A stretch of DNA of 63,131 nucleotides, the filler included, from Folioceros fuciformis (lineage: Eukaryota), in assembly GCA_049999805.1 (NCBI GenBank). It is 8 parts of 8 records of this genome, joined end to end, with 100 filler letters (N's around TTAATTAATTAA, not from the genome) between each part and the next. Parts side by side here need not be neighbours in the genome. Positions count along the whole stretch, not along the records: positions 1 to 16,109 come from JBNGIO010005141.1; 7 more parts are not named here. One strand, 5' to 3'. How positions within the stretch are numbered: the stretch's first letter is position 1; the number at the start of each line of letters is the position of its first letter. Positions 1-10,569 of the stretch are shown here, piece after piece. The notes beneath the pieces were generated by a model, which was not told the origin of the DNA, ran no database searches, and was given only the letters and a program-made list of their open reading frames with translations. The position numbers were made by a program, and so were the translations under genes.

Positions 1-2797
1 CGACTAGCTAGGTGGATCCGGGTAGGCGACCTGGCTGACTAGTGGACGGGCTGAGGGAATTTAGGCAACGGCCTGGCCAGATCTCAGGCAGCAGCAGGTA
101 GGCGGCCTGGCTGGAGGTGGCAGCTGAGAAGCCTAGACTGGCAGGCGGCCAGCCAGAGCGAGATCCAGGCCAGGCTCGGCTGCTGGAGATCAGGTAGGTT
201 GGCTGGCGATGGCAACTGCAGGTAGGCATCAGACAGCCGGTAGTGGCTAGCAGGGCTGGTGGCTGGGGGATTCAACGGGCTAACGGGCCGGATTCGGAGG
301 CCAACAGCGGCCCAGCTGCTTGTGGCTGGTCTGGGTGGATCCGGGTAGCCAGGTCGACTGGTTGAACCCTGGCCAGACAGCGACTTGGCTGAATCAAGGC
401 ATGGCAGGCCAAGAAGGCTGGCGGCTGGTAGGCAGGGGGGTGGCCGACATGCGGGCAAGAGAATGGAAGGTAGGCAGGCCAGGGTGGATACAAGCAGCCG
501 GGAGGGATCTGAGGTAGGCGGGCGGGCGCCAGCGTCAAGACCGGGGCGAATCAGGTGGCCCAGATCCAAGCAGGTTGGTTGGATCGTCATGGCAAGGTTG
601 GATCTCGAAGTCGGGCAGCCGCCTAGCGGCTGGCTGGGGAGAGTCCGCATTGGGGGGAAGGACAGATGGTTAGCAGGGGGTAATCATGGATGGCCGACCC
701 GAGCAGGTAGTTCGGCTGACGGCTTGGCGGACTGGCAGGCCGGATCGAAACCGTTGCAAGGGATGCGCAACCTGGTAGCGGGCTGGATCACGGCCAGGCC
801 AACCCGGCAGGGAGCACGGCACTACCTCGCGACACGGATAGGCTGATGAAATCCAACAGGTAGGAGGTCGGCTAGCAGGCGGGTTGCCCGCAAAATCCAG
901 GCAACTAGGTGGAGCCAAGACGTGCAGAATCGTGCTTAACGGAATTGAGGCAGGCAGGGGGCAAGCTGGGGCGGTCGAGTCCTCCAAGCGGATCAGAGGT
1001 GGGCGCTAGCGTCCAGGCGCCCGACGCTCCAAGTGAGTCTGTGGTGGATCAAGGAAGGTGGATTGGCCAAATGAGAAAGGGCCAGGCACAAGATCCAAGC
1101 AGGTGGCCCTTTCTCAAGGGGCTGAGCCAAGAGGGGCAATTGGGAGGAGGTTCGTGGCTCTAGGGAAGGAGGCATCAATGTTGCTATGGGCCTTTGGAGC
1201 AGTCAACCTGGGTAGCACCGAATGCCTCGTGAACCATGTATGGCTACTTCTGCAACTAGATTGGGACCAGAGCAACGCACCTCCCCTACGGGTAGCCAAA
1301 GGACATAACTAACATTTGGCTGTCCGCCGACGAGCAGCGTTGCTCGCAGGTGGAAGATCTGAATACAGACGTACTACTCACAGGTGGAGAGCCAGATGGT
1401 GGGAACAAGGCTGCTCCTCAAGGGCATCAGACGGGTAACTGGGCTGGGCCATGGGGCCTCCTTGGCCAGCAGGATGGGGAGTAGACGATAAGAGGAAGGT
1501 GGAGGCTTGAAGGGTTGCAGGATGATTCGAGGGAAAGGGAGGATCTGAGGGAGGAGAGGAGAGTGTTGAGGAGCACTCCGGATTCTTGCTAGTTGTGAGA
1601 GGCTGACAATGTTGGATAGAGGGCAACCAGCGGTGTCCAAGGGGGTAACGGGCAATTAGGTGCAGGTTAGAGTTAGGCTTGGGTTAAGTTGCGATCAGAA
1701 CTAGGCCTGACTATATTTAGGTCTGGTTAGTTTTAGGTCAGGCCTAGATTAGGTTTAGGTCATGCCTGGATTATGTCTAGGTCAGGTCTAGATTAGGTCT
1801 AGGTCAGGTCTAGATTAGGTCTAGGTCAGGTCTAGATTAGGTCTAGGTCAGGCCTAGATTAGGTCTAGGTCAGGCCTAGATTAGGTCTAGGTCAGGCCTG
1901 GATTAGGTCTAGGTCAGGCCTAGATTAGGTCTAGGTCAGGCCTAGATTAGGTTTAGGTCAGAACTGGATGTAGGATGGTTGAAGTCAGAGAGAGAGATGG
2001 TTAGGTAGTTGACTCAAGTTAACCCTAGTAGACAGAGATGAGGGCTAGGCAGTACAAGAGGGGAGGCCTGCCATTGAGAAGGGGGCGGTCTATGGTGTGA
2101 GGTCCCCGGATTTTGTGGGTAGAACTCCTGGCTTAGGGCGCTGAGCCGGTTGAGGTCGACCCAAAGTCCTGACTCCCCTTGCAACTAGGGGAACGTGGGG
2201 ACCCCGGGGCTGTCAAGATCCGTGTGGCCGGATCCGCAAGGGCTACATGAATCGCAGGTTGGCTGAAGTGAAGGAACAAGACCGCGAGCTGAAGGGCTAT
2301 CCAGTCCTAGATCCACACTATGCTTGAGGGCTGCAAGAAGTGAAGCCATTGTGCCCTAATTTCCAGGGGGGAAGAGCTGAAGAAAAGAGAGGAAGAGTTG
2401 GAGTGGCATGCATAGAAGTGAAAAGTGAGCTCCTGAAGAGTAGGAGTGTGTGTTGAAGTGGAGGGTGAAGGACTGAAGTGAAAAGGAAGGGGCTGAAGTG
2501 GGAATCTTGGAGGACTGAAGTAAGGAGGAAGTGACTGAAGTGGGGATCAAGAAGAGCTGGAGGACTGAAGAACAGGAGTGTGAGTTGGGTGAGCTGTCTT
2601 AGGGGGTAGGCTAGGCTTCTAGCCCTTTTGTTGTGAGTGTATGGACAGACCTATAGACCGGCTGATAGGTAGAAGTGTGATAGGTAGTGTTCCTTGGCAC
2701 TAGTTCACTCCCTTGGGAGCGAACCATAGGACTGCAACGACAATAGGGGAATGTGTGGCCCCTTGGGTGGTTCTCGGGTGCAAGAAATCACTCCACA
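1..2797. mobile_element. Partial very long LTR-like unit (same family as 17721-22049), inserted into copia element A
   Basis: About 1980-2797 aligns by eye with about 21270-22049, and both end at ...CAAGAAA[T/C]CACTCCACA. The end at 2797 cuts the minus-strand copia GAG-pre-integrase motif at HFKLWH. Confidence 0.75.
1741..1960. repeat. Tandem array, 10 x 22 bp (GGYCTAGATTAGGTCTAGGTCA; two 11-bp half units)
   Basis: Read directly; degenerate copies extend left to about 1697. Confidence 0.95.
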
Positions 2798-4170
2798 AAT
2801 GCCAAAGCTTGAAGTGAGCAGAATGCTCAGCTTGTGTAAGGTGAGCAGCTCTATATATTCTGGACGGTGTGCACTCCAACTTGTACAAGTCATTGGAGGG
2901 GTAAGCTTTGGCCAGGACTACCCCATCTTGCTCGATGTGGCATTCGTCAGGCTCAGACTCAAACAGCACACGAACCCTTGGTAAGGCAACCTTCATCTTT
3001 GTGATTGATACCAAGTTCTTTACCATTCTAGGGACATGAAGAACATGTAACAGTATGATCTCATGTAGCCAGAATGGTGCCTGATTTCTTGAAGGAGGCA
3101 ATGTGAGTTTCAGCACTGGAGGCTCCTTCCCGTTTGGGCTCTCCAGCAGCCTTTTTGCGACAATCCTTCTCGAAGTGCCCCTGGATCTTGCACCAATTGC
3201 AAGCTCCCTTTTTCTTGGAGCTGTATGATTTGGATTCAGAGGTGCGTCTTCCCCCTTGCCTACCGTTTGACGAGCGGGGTCCCTTCCCTTTAGATGAGTA
3301 CAATACTCTGCTTGAGCTGCCTGCACTCTCATGTCTGCCATCATGGCGACTTCCATGTCTAGTTGCCTCTTCTTCTAGCAAGGCACCAATTACTTCTGTA
3401 AGGTTACCTCCTCTAGCTGCCCGCATGTTGTTGTTCTATGAAGAGACGAACGTCTGATAGCTAGAGGGCAGTGACATGAGAAGGGATGTTGCAGCCTGTG
3501 TCTCATCCAGCTTGGTGCCACATGCAGCAAGGCGTGCTTGAAGTGCTCAGAACTTGTTGAGGTGAGCCTCAATTGGTTCACTTTCCTTAATTTTAAGATG
3601 CCAGAAAGCCCTTGCAGAATTTACCATGGATGCAAAGTTCTTTGTCTGAAACATTTGATCGAAGGTGGACCACATCTCGGCAGCAGTGTCCAAGCCTTGC
3701 ACATGGTGCAGCATGTTTTTGTCAAGGCCTGCAACAAGGATACTCCGAGCTCGGCAGTCACCCTTAATCCAGGCCTCAATATTTGCAAGTGGGGAACCTA
3801 CTGGTGGTTTCACGTTCGTTCCCAAGACTATGTCAAGCAGATCTTGCTCCTCCAAGATGGTACATAGAAGTATTGTCCAGATTTCATATTCGCTTCCATT
3901 AAAGCGATCTCGGTCCTTGAAATCGACTTTAAAATGTGTAACAGTTGTGTGTACAGGTGCTTGTGGTGGCTGACCACCACCACCACCTCCTCCTCCTCCA
4001 CCCCCTCCACCTCCACCGCCTCCACCTCTAACGCCAGACATCCTTGGTATTGCCCGAGTCTTAGGGGTTGTCCTCTGGGGAATCTTTAGGAGCTTTGGTC
4101 TCTGTGGAGGTGTTTGTGGTGCAGACGAGGATGTAGACCCTCCTTTAGATGAGGGTGGACAAGAGATCAT
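2798..4170 (-). pseudogene. Copia A gag-pol remnant (poly-Gly N-terminus, gag, CCHC knuckle; protease active site deleted)
   Basis: FKDRDRFNGSEYEIW, CNWCKIQGHFEKDC, VLHVPRMVKNLVS and LWH in ORFs 3547-4170, 3061-3426 and 2700-3356; frameshifts; no LDSG motif. Confidence 0.9.
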
Positions 4171-4190
4171 AACCCAGGTGCATCTAAAGG

Positions 4191-4592
4191 TCAGAATGTG
4201 ATCCCATTCTCAGATGCAGGTTCAGTTTTTCTTGGGAGCAGATCTAGGGAAGTGAGTGCATCAGCAAGATCATGTACTTTTCTATCCAGCAGATCTATCT
4301 TGCGAGAGATTATGACAAGAAGGTTAGTCTTATCTCTCCCTCTGTCTGCAGAGATGCTCTCGGATCTATGCTGTAGCCTCGTGTGGATCCTACCCTACCA
4401 ATTGAGCGATTGTAAGGTTGCTAACAGTTGAGAATGCAGGTGCCTACTGGAGTTACGTTTTCTGTATGAACGTCGAGAGCAGCCTGCAGTGGAGAGGTTT
4501 GGGAAATGCGAACTATTTTGGTTGTATCCGGGCCCTTGGTGGCCATGATTGGGCGCACGGTACAGGTGATTGCAGACGCCACCCGTATGCAC
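4191..4592 (-). pseudogene. Putative ORF0 of element A with internal stop at 4395-4397
   Basis: Reading through the TAG gives ...IISRKIDLLDRKVHDLADALTSLDLL...TGA (heptad-like), ending about 20 nt before the gag ORF. Confidence 0.5.
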
Positions 4593-4905
4593 AGCGCACC
4601 GCCTAGACTTGGCGCACCAATCAGCAGGTCTTTCCCCGATCCGCCTCTGGTAAGGATTCCAGTTTTCCTCTGCAAGTCGTAGTGCCAGAATTTGGGCTGA
4701 CTGGAAATTCGATTGTTCCCAGGCACTCTAATTTTGGCATTGGTATCTACCACCACGTCGAGGCATGATGGAAGACACTAGAGGCGCTGCGATTTCTCCT
4801 AGGCGCCAGTTTCCTTACCTACTCCTTTCAAATGAATGCGAGGGAGATGATGCATTCTCCAAGACACGATTCTCGGGTGAGGTGCAGATCAAGAAAATGC
4901 GATTT

Positions 4906-4917
4906 GCTCTGATACCA
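4906..4917 (-). promoter_or_regulatory. Primer-binding site, tRNA-iMet (element A)
   Basis: TGGTATCAGAGC on the minus strand. Confidence 0.95.
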
Positions 4918-5156
4918 TAACACAATATGGCACGTAGGGAATAGATAAATCTAGAGAGCGCGCATGCTAGCAGAATAGACAATTGAATTATGCTAACGCG
5001 AGCGGTGTACAAGGTTCGGCAGGCACGTCCAAGTGACAAGACGTGTCCCTTGACTCAACCGACATGCCCGATGTCGGTTGGGTGGTGGCGGTTTGGTTAG
5101 GCTAAACTTGCGACTATATTAATACCTAAGGGGCCGCTAAACCTAGGCCCTCGACA

Positions 5157-6892
5157 CCCTGCTCCAGAACCGACCCTAAGACGTTCCACATGCCATAGGT
5201 TGCCCCCATACCAATGGTTAGAACCTTATTACTAGTCACTCAGACTTTCGCACGTCTTCAGCAGTCTTTGGTGCTACTCAAAACATCCTTCCTGCTAAGG
5301 AACCCCTATCCTACAAGGAAGCCCTTCGAGGCCCGGAGTTGCTCCAAGTGGCAGGCAGCAATGGAGGAAGAATACCAGTCTCTGCTCAAGAACAAGACCT
5401 GGCAAATCGTTGACCTCCCACTTGGACGCAAAGCCATATCCTGTAAGTGGGTTTTTAAACTTAAACTCAATGCTCAAGGGGAGATTGCTAGATACAAAGC
5501 TAGGTTGGTGGCAAGAGGCTTCACCCAGGTTGAGGGCCTGGACTACCAGGAAACATCCTCAACCTGGACTACCAGGAAACATTCTCACCTATCATTTGAG
5601 CACAGTCCATTCGCACACTGCTGGCACTTGCAGCAAAGTTGGACCTCGACCTACAGCAAATGGACGTATGCACTGCTTACCTCTATGGAGACCTGGATGA
5701 AGACCTGTATATGGCACAGCCTGAAGGATATGAAGATCGTGAACAACCCACTTAAGTACTTAAACTACTTAAGTGCATATATGGACTAAAACAAAGCGGC
5801 AGAATATGGTATATCACCATGCATATTTACCTACTGAATATCTCCTTCGTTCAAAGCACAGCAGACTCCAATGTCTACCGGCTCAGCCGAGGAAGCAGCT
5901 TCGTTATATTGGCTTTATACGTTGACGATGTTATCCTCGTCACAAATAGTAACACGTTGTTAGTTGAGGTTAAGCAAAAACTCAGCACTAAGTTCGAGAT
6001 GAAAGACATCGGAGAACTTAAATACTGTTTGGGAGTACAGATTTTAAGAGTACGAGAGGAAGGTTTGCTGATAGTTCACCAGCACAAATACATCAGTGAT
6101 ATTCTGCACAAGTTTAAACTTGACAAAGCCAGACCCTCAACTACCCCCTATGCTATGGGTGTGAAGCTTACCAGTCTCCAGTGCCCATAGTCTCAGGAAG
6201 AAGTCGAGGACATGAAAGGTGTCCCCTACAGGCATGCAGTCTACAGCTTGATCTTCTTAGCCAACTGGACAAGGCCAGATATCCAATACTCTGTAAGTAC
6301 AGTATCTCAGTTCCTGGAAAATCTAGGAAGAGCCCTCTAGGCCGCTATCAAGCGTATTTTCTGCTATCTCAAAGGAACCCACAAGTATGGCCTCTTCTAT
6401 CGAAGGATTGGACAACCAAAACTTACCCTTAGGGGATTCATAGATGCTGGCTGGGCGTCGGACAACGACTCCAAGAAAAGCCTCTCCACATACTGCTTCG
6501 TGAACTGGTCGTGTAAGAAGCAATCTTCTATAGCCCTGTCATCCACAGAAGCAGAATACAAATCATTGACAGATGCTTCAAAGGAGGCTGAATGGGAAAG
6601 GACTTTCCTCCATGATCTCGACCAGACCCAGCAGACACCTACCCCTATCATGTGTGATAACATATCAGCCTTAGCCCTTGTTGCCAACCCACGTTTCCAT
6701 GCCCGCACTAAACACATAGAAATACAGCATCACTATATTAGAGACGTGGTGGAGCGCGGAGTTGTGAAAGTAGGTTATGTGCATACACATTCTAATGTCG
6801 CAGATGTGCTAACAAAAGGACTAGCAAAGCATAAACACTACCAGCACCTTTCAGGGCTAGGCCTGGATGATTATACAAAGTACTTCAGATGA
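5157..6892 (+). pseudogene. Copia element D: RT and RNase H remnant
   Basis: CKWVFKLK, RYKARLVARGF, LYVDD, SSTEAEY, RTKHIE; several stops and frameshifts; related to G and H. Confidence 0.95.
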
Positions 6893-6991
6893 CTTATCTA
6901 GGGTTGTGGGGGTGGGGCGGGAACCCGAAGGTTCCCTAGGAAATGGTGTTGTGCCTGCAATCTTCCTTGAAGGCGCACAGGAGCTGCAAAC

Positions 6992-7255
6992 TGCTGAGAA
7001 TAGGTGTTGATTTATTAGGGTTCAGTAATGTTAGCATTTATATTATGTTTGTATAGGGTTATTATGATTATCATTTTATTACCCCTTCATTAAGAGTCAT
7101 GTCCCTTGGTGTAAGGTTATGTCTCTTCACAACAACTTAAGTTGAGTGAGCCACTTTAACAAAGTTCTCTTATTATAATATTCTCTTTATCTCTTTATCT
7201 TTGTAATTGTTTATTATAGTAGTTGGTCTACACCAATCTGATCCAATATTTGTCA
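6992..7255 (+). repeat. 5' LTR of copia element B (start at 6992 or 7005)
   Basis: Ends TTTGTCA immediately before the PBS; resembles the LTR at 34088-34337 in reverse complement. Confidence 0.75.
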
Positions 7256-7267
7256 TGGTATCAGAGC
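7256..7267 (+). promoter_or_regulatory. Primer-binding site, tRNA-iMet (element B)
   Basis: TGGTATCAGAGC. Confidence 0.95.
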
Positions 7268-7615
7268 CATGCTTTGGTATAGGCTGCATTAATAAGAATG
7301 CACATTAAATTCTGCACATTTTGATGTGCAGATGGATGAATTTGGTTATTGTATTTTGTTGTTGTTTTCTTTTAAAAAAATGTTTTAAAAACATATCAAG
7401 AAAATATTTTATAGTTTTTCTTTGGATTTTATTTTAAAAATTTGCATTTCTAGGAGTTTGTTCTAGAGCATCTATTGACATATTGCATCTTTGCATTCTG
7501 TCTATAGGCGCGCTAGAAAAACTGCCAGAATTGGCAAAAATTCTATTATAGAATCATATACAAAAATTTTAAAATGTTTCTTGATACACAATAAAATACA
7601 AGATTGGTCAAATGA

Positions 7616-8323
7616 ATGGCCAATTTGATGGACGGGCAGCAATGGCGGCCATGCCCTATTGAGCGCAATCGTCAGAGGGATGTCTACAGAAGACAATTTG
7701 CACAAGAGGACAGGCCAACAGTTGCTAAATCACTCTACCAGCAAACCCTGGAGTGGATTCTTCAAACTCAAGATCAGCCTGAGCGCACTTGCATTATAAG
7801 GGAGTCGTATAATAATCTTCTTGATGCTATCTTCCCTCAACAAAGTCACCTGTCGCTTGCTCAACCACCCAAAAATCCTACTAATCTTCCATTTGTCGGA
7901 AATGGTAACCCTAGAGGTTTTCTGACCACACACATTTTACCACATGTTAGTGTGTCACAATTAAATGCTAGAATAGAAACACATCAACAACATGTTGATG
8001 AGCGTTTTCAGAGCATTTGTCACAAACTTGCTTCAGTCATTGTTGACTTACAAGAATTGAAGGAACAAATAGGACATTTGGATTTTAAGTTACTAACCTT
8101 ATTAGAACCTACCTTGCTTGCAAATCCTGCTCTTAGAGGGGTTGCATGCAAGCGTGCAAATAAGAAATATAACTTACACTTCTTCGATGCTCCAAATTCC
8201 TGTCCTTCTTGCTCTACCTATGCATTTAACAGATGGGAGATTAGAAATCAAAGGATTTCACATCTAGCTGCAAACCAATCTGCCATCTTGCCTATGGTAG
8301 ATTACTTTGCAAACCCTTTGTAG
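7616..8323 (+). CDS. ORF0 of element B, 235 aa, unknown function (coiled-coil-like segment, CPSC motif)
   Basis: Open ATG-TAG frame between PBS and gag; colinear protein similarity to 14965-15698. Confidence 0.8.
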   Translation: MANLMDGQQWRPCPIERNRQRDVYRRQFAQEDRPTVAKSLYQQTLEWILQTQDQPERTCIIRESYNNLLDAIFPQQSHLSLAQPPKNPTNLPFVGNGNPRGFLTTHILPHVSVSQLNARIETHQQHVDERFQSICHKLASVIVDLQELKEQIGHLDFKLLTLLEPTLLANPALRGVACKRANKKYNLHFFDAPNSCPSCSTYAFNRWEIRNQRISHLAANQSAILPMVDYFANPL

Positions 8324-8482
8324 ATAGGGCTGTTGCTGGAGCCTATTTAAGATGCAACAGTAGCATCTTACTGCTCCCCTCTTTTCTCTATTACCAGGAT
8401 TGTGTACCTTGTCAGGATAGGTCATAGATCTGCACACAGCCAACATCCTAACAGTTAGGACAGGATTTTCAGAATCCTAAAA

Positions 8483-9257
8483 ATGGCTAACACCACTAAT
8501 CTAAGTGGTGACGGGTTTAAAGAGAAAGACCGGTTTGGGGGGACAGATTATGACATTTGGGTCATGCGTATGCGTGGAGCCTTGCAAAATAAAAGACTAT
8601 GGAAGATAACTACTGGAGAGGAATTACTCCCTGGCTCTTCTTCTCCTAAAGTTACCCCTTCCTCTGCTGAGTCTAGATACCAAGAGGCTTGGTACATTAA
8701 GGATGAAGCTGCAATGTATTTAATAAGAAGTGGACTAACCTCTAATATGCTTAGACAGACTTCTGGATGCAAAACATATGTTGAGATTTGGTCCAGACTA
8801 CAAGATTTGTATGCAGGAGTTAATACCACTAGTCAGATGACTACTCTTAAAAATATACAAAATTGTAGAATGAGAGAGGGGGATACAGTTGAAAAACATA
8901 TTGCGCACTTCAGAACACTTGTTTCTAAATTAGAAAGTGCTTCTCAGGAAATTCTCAATGACGAAATACTTACCTTGTATTTTATGATGTCTCTTCCTGA
9001 CTCTTGGTCACATTTTGTAACCTCATATAATGCTTCTTAGCTTCAGGCTGCTAAGATTGCTAAAGCTGCAAATGTCACTATTCCATAGAAAACATTTTCA
9101 GAGTTAGTGGGAGCTCTTCTTCAAGAAGAAGCAACAAGAGCTCAGAATAAGCGTGTTAGCAAGTAGCAGGCTCTTTACACCACAAACAGAAACAAAGGCG
9201 CAAGTCCTAACTTTAAAGGTAGACAAAATACCTTTCAAGGTGCTGGTAGCTCACGGC
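8483..9257 (+). pseudogene. Copia B gag, with in-frame TAG stops, truncated by insertion of element C
   Basis: FKEKDRFGGTDYDIWVMRM, SLPDSWSHFV, LVGALLQEE. Confidence 0.9.
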
Positions 9258-9472
9258 TGACAATTTTATAAGGATAATGCAGATTTTATTATTATTTTTT
9301 TAAAAGAAGTTAAAATAAAATTGGGATGTGTCTTTTCGCTAAGAGTCGTAACCCTAATGAAGAGGTATTTAACTTAAACCATGTATAGACCTAAGATATA
9401 TATGTTATCTAAATAGCTAACCCTAGGTTACTTAACATGTCGATAACATAACATCGCTTTTATACTTCATCA
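9258..9472 (-). repeat. 3' LTR of element C
   Basis: TG...CA on the minus strand, following PPT AAGTGGGAG. Confidence 0.85.
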
Positions 9473-9719
9473 CTCCCACTTGTTGAGAGCGTGTTAAGTA
9501 CAGTCTTCTGGTATTCCTTGTGCTTGGTTCCTCGTGGGCGTAAAGCCTCTCGAGCTTCAGTCCTTCCCAGCTGCCAACTCTGATTGCTAGTGGCTGGTGC
9601 AATGGAGTGTGAGAATGAGATGCCCCTTACAACCAGGTACGCCTGGTACATAATGACAGCTTACGCTGTCATTGTGCTTCATTTCAAGATTCTAGCTGTG
9701 GAGAAGAGCACTCGCAGCT

Positions 9720-10310
9720 ATGTCTTCTGCTACGACCCCCTCTGATGACGCCCCTCGGAGGCCTCGGGCTTACCATCGTGATGCCCTTGGACGTTTCTCA
9801 GCTAGAACACCTGCTACAGGAGGACGCCACGAACTTGCTGATACTGCTGCCAGGGGTTCCTGCTCATCTCGGCGTCCAAGAGGAAGGCCGCCAGGGCGGC
9901 GTGGCAGAGGAAGGGGCAGGGGCTCGAACGCCGCTGCTGCACCGGACATGGGCGCACCCTCGCGAGGCGCTCCACATGCTAACAGTCCCCGAATTGCAGC
10001 TACAGAGCGCCGGTTTGGTAACGGCGAGTACGCCTACTCTAATTGTGGGGCTTTGCCTCCTATGTCGTTCCACTTTCAACCAATCAGAGACTACAACGAG
10101 GAGACGAAGGTGGTCTGTCCAGGGAATATGAAGCATCCTGGATCGCCACTATGGTATCGCTGCAGTGTGACAGGCTATATCCTGAGACGCGTTAAAGTCA
10201 CCATGTGCAGGGAGTATCCCGCACACGCGGTCAGCTTTTACAGTGAGTGTCTTCAGACACCATGTTTTTCCATAGCCCTGATTACGTTTCTTGTGCTCCC
10301 ACTCGCTTGA
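9720..10310 (+). CDS. Antisense ORF of element C, 196 aa (AT-hook-like RRPRGRPP, RG-rich, Cys-containing domain)
   Basis: ATG-initiated ORF between PPT and the pol stop, on the opposite strand to pol. Confidence 0.6.
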   Translation: MSSATTPSDDAPRRPRAYHRDALGRFSARTPATGGRHELADTAARGSCSSRRPRGRPPGRRGRGRGRGSNAAAAPDMGAPSRGAPHANSPRIAATERRFGNGEYAYSNCGALPPMSFHFQPIRDYNEETKVVCPGNMKHPGSPLWYRCSVTGYILRRVKVTMCREYPAHAVSFYSECLQTPCFSIALITFLVLPLA

Positions 10311-10546
10311 GAATTCCTGACAATCACATGTTGTTGCCTCTTGTAGGGACTGACACCCGGCTGAGGGAGGAGGAGCGTCTCGAATCTGAAGAGCGTATCT
10401 CTTATCAGGAGAGGAGGAGACGTAACAGTCCTCTTGAGGGCGAGAGCTTCACCACATCTGAAGAGCTGAACTCTGAAGATTCTGAAGAAAGAGAGAACAA
10501 CACCGATGACTCTGAAGATGAAGCGAGCTTCAACTGGGATCCTTAG
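10247..10546 (+). CDS. Acidic ORF segment, probably the frameshifted C-terminus of the antisense ORF
   Basis: E/D/S-rich (SEELNSEDSEERENNTDDSEDE); overlaps the previous ORF in another frame; stops 23 nt from the pol stop. Confidence 0.5.
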   Translation: MSSDTMFFHSPDYVSCAPTRLRIPDNHMLLPLVGTDTRLREEERLESEERISYQERRRRNSPLEGESFTTSEELNSEDSEERENNTDDSEDEASFNWDP

Positions 10547-10569
10547 GGCTAGGATTTCCTTTTTGCTGT

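Larger units (their letters stand above)
2798..5156 (-). mobile_element. Ty1/copia element A, 5' part (5' LTR 4918-5156, PBS, ORF0 remnant, gag-pol remnant)
   Basis: TG start at 5156 where the flanking plus-strand pol resumes; PBS 4906-4917; gag motifs. Confidence 0.85.

Noticed and set aside
8-1655. Many overlapping ORFs in GC-rich sequence (also 17938-20497 and 22445-23286)
   Set aside because: Low-complexity A/G/P/R/W translations open in several frames because stops are scarce; no domains, and not conserved between the two copies.
7616-8323. ORF0 as an envelope gene
   Set aside because: No signal peptide or transmembrane helix, and it lies 5' of gag.
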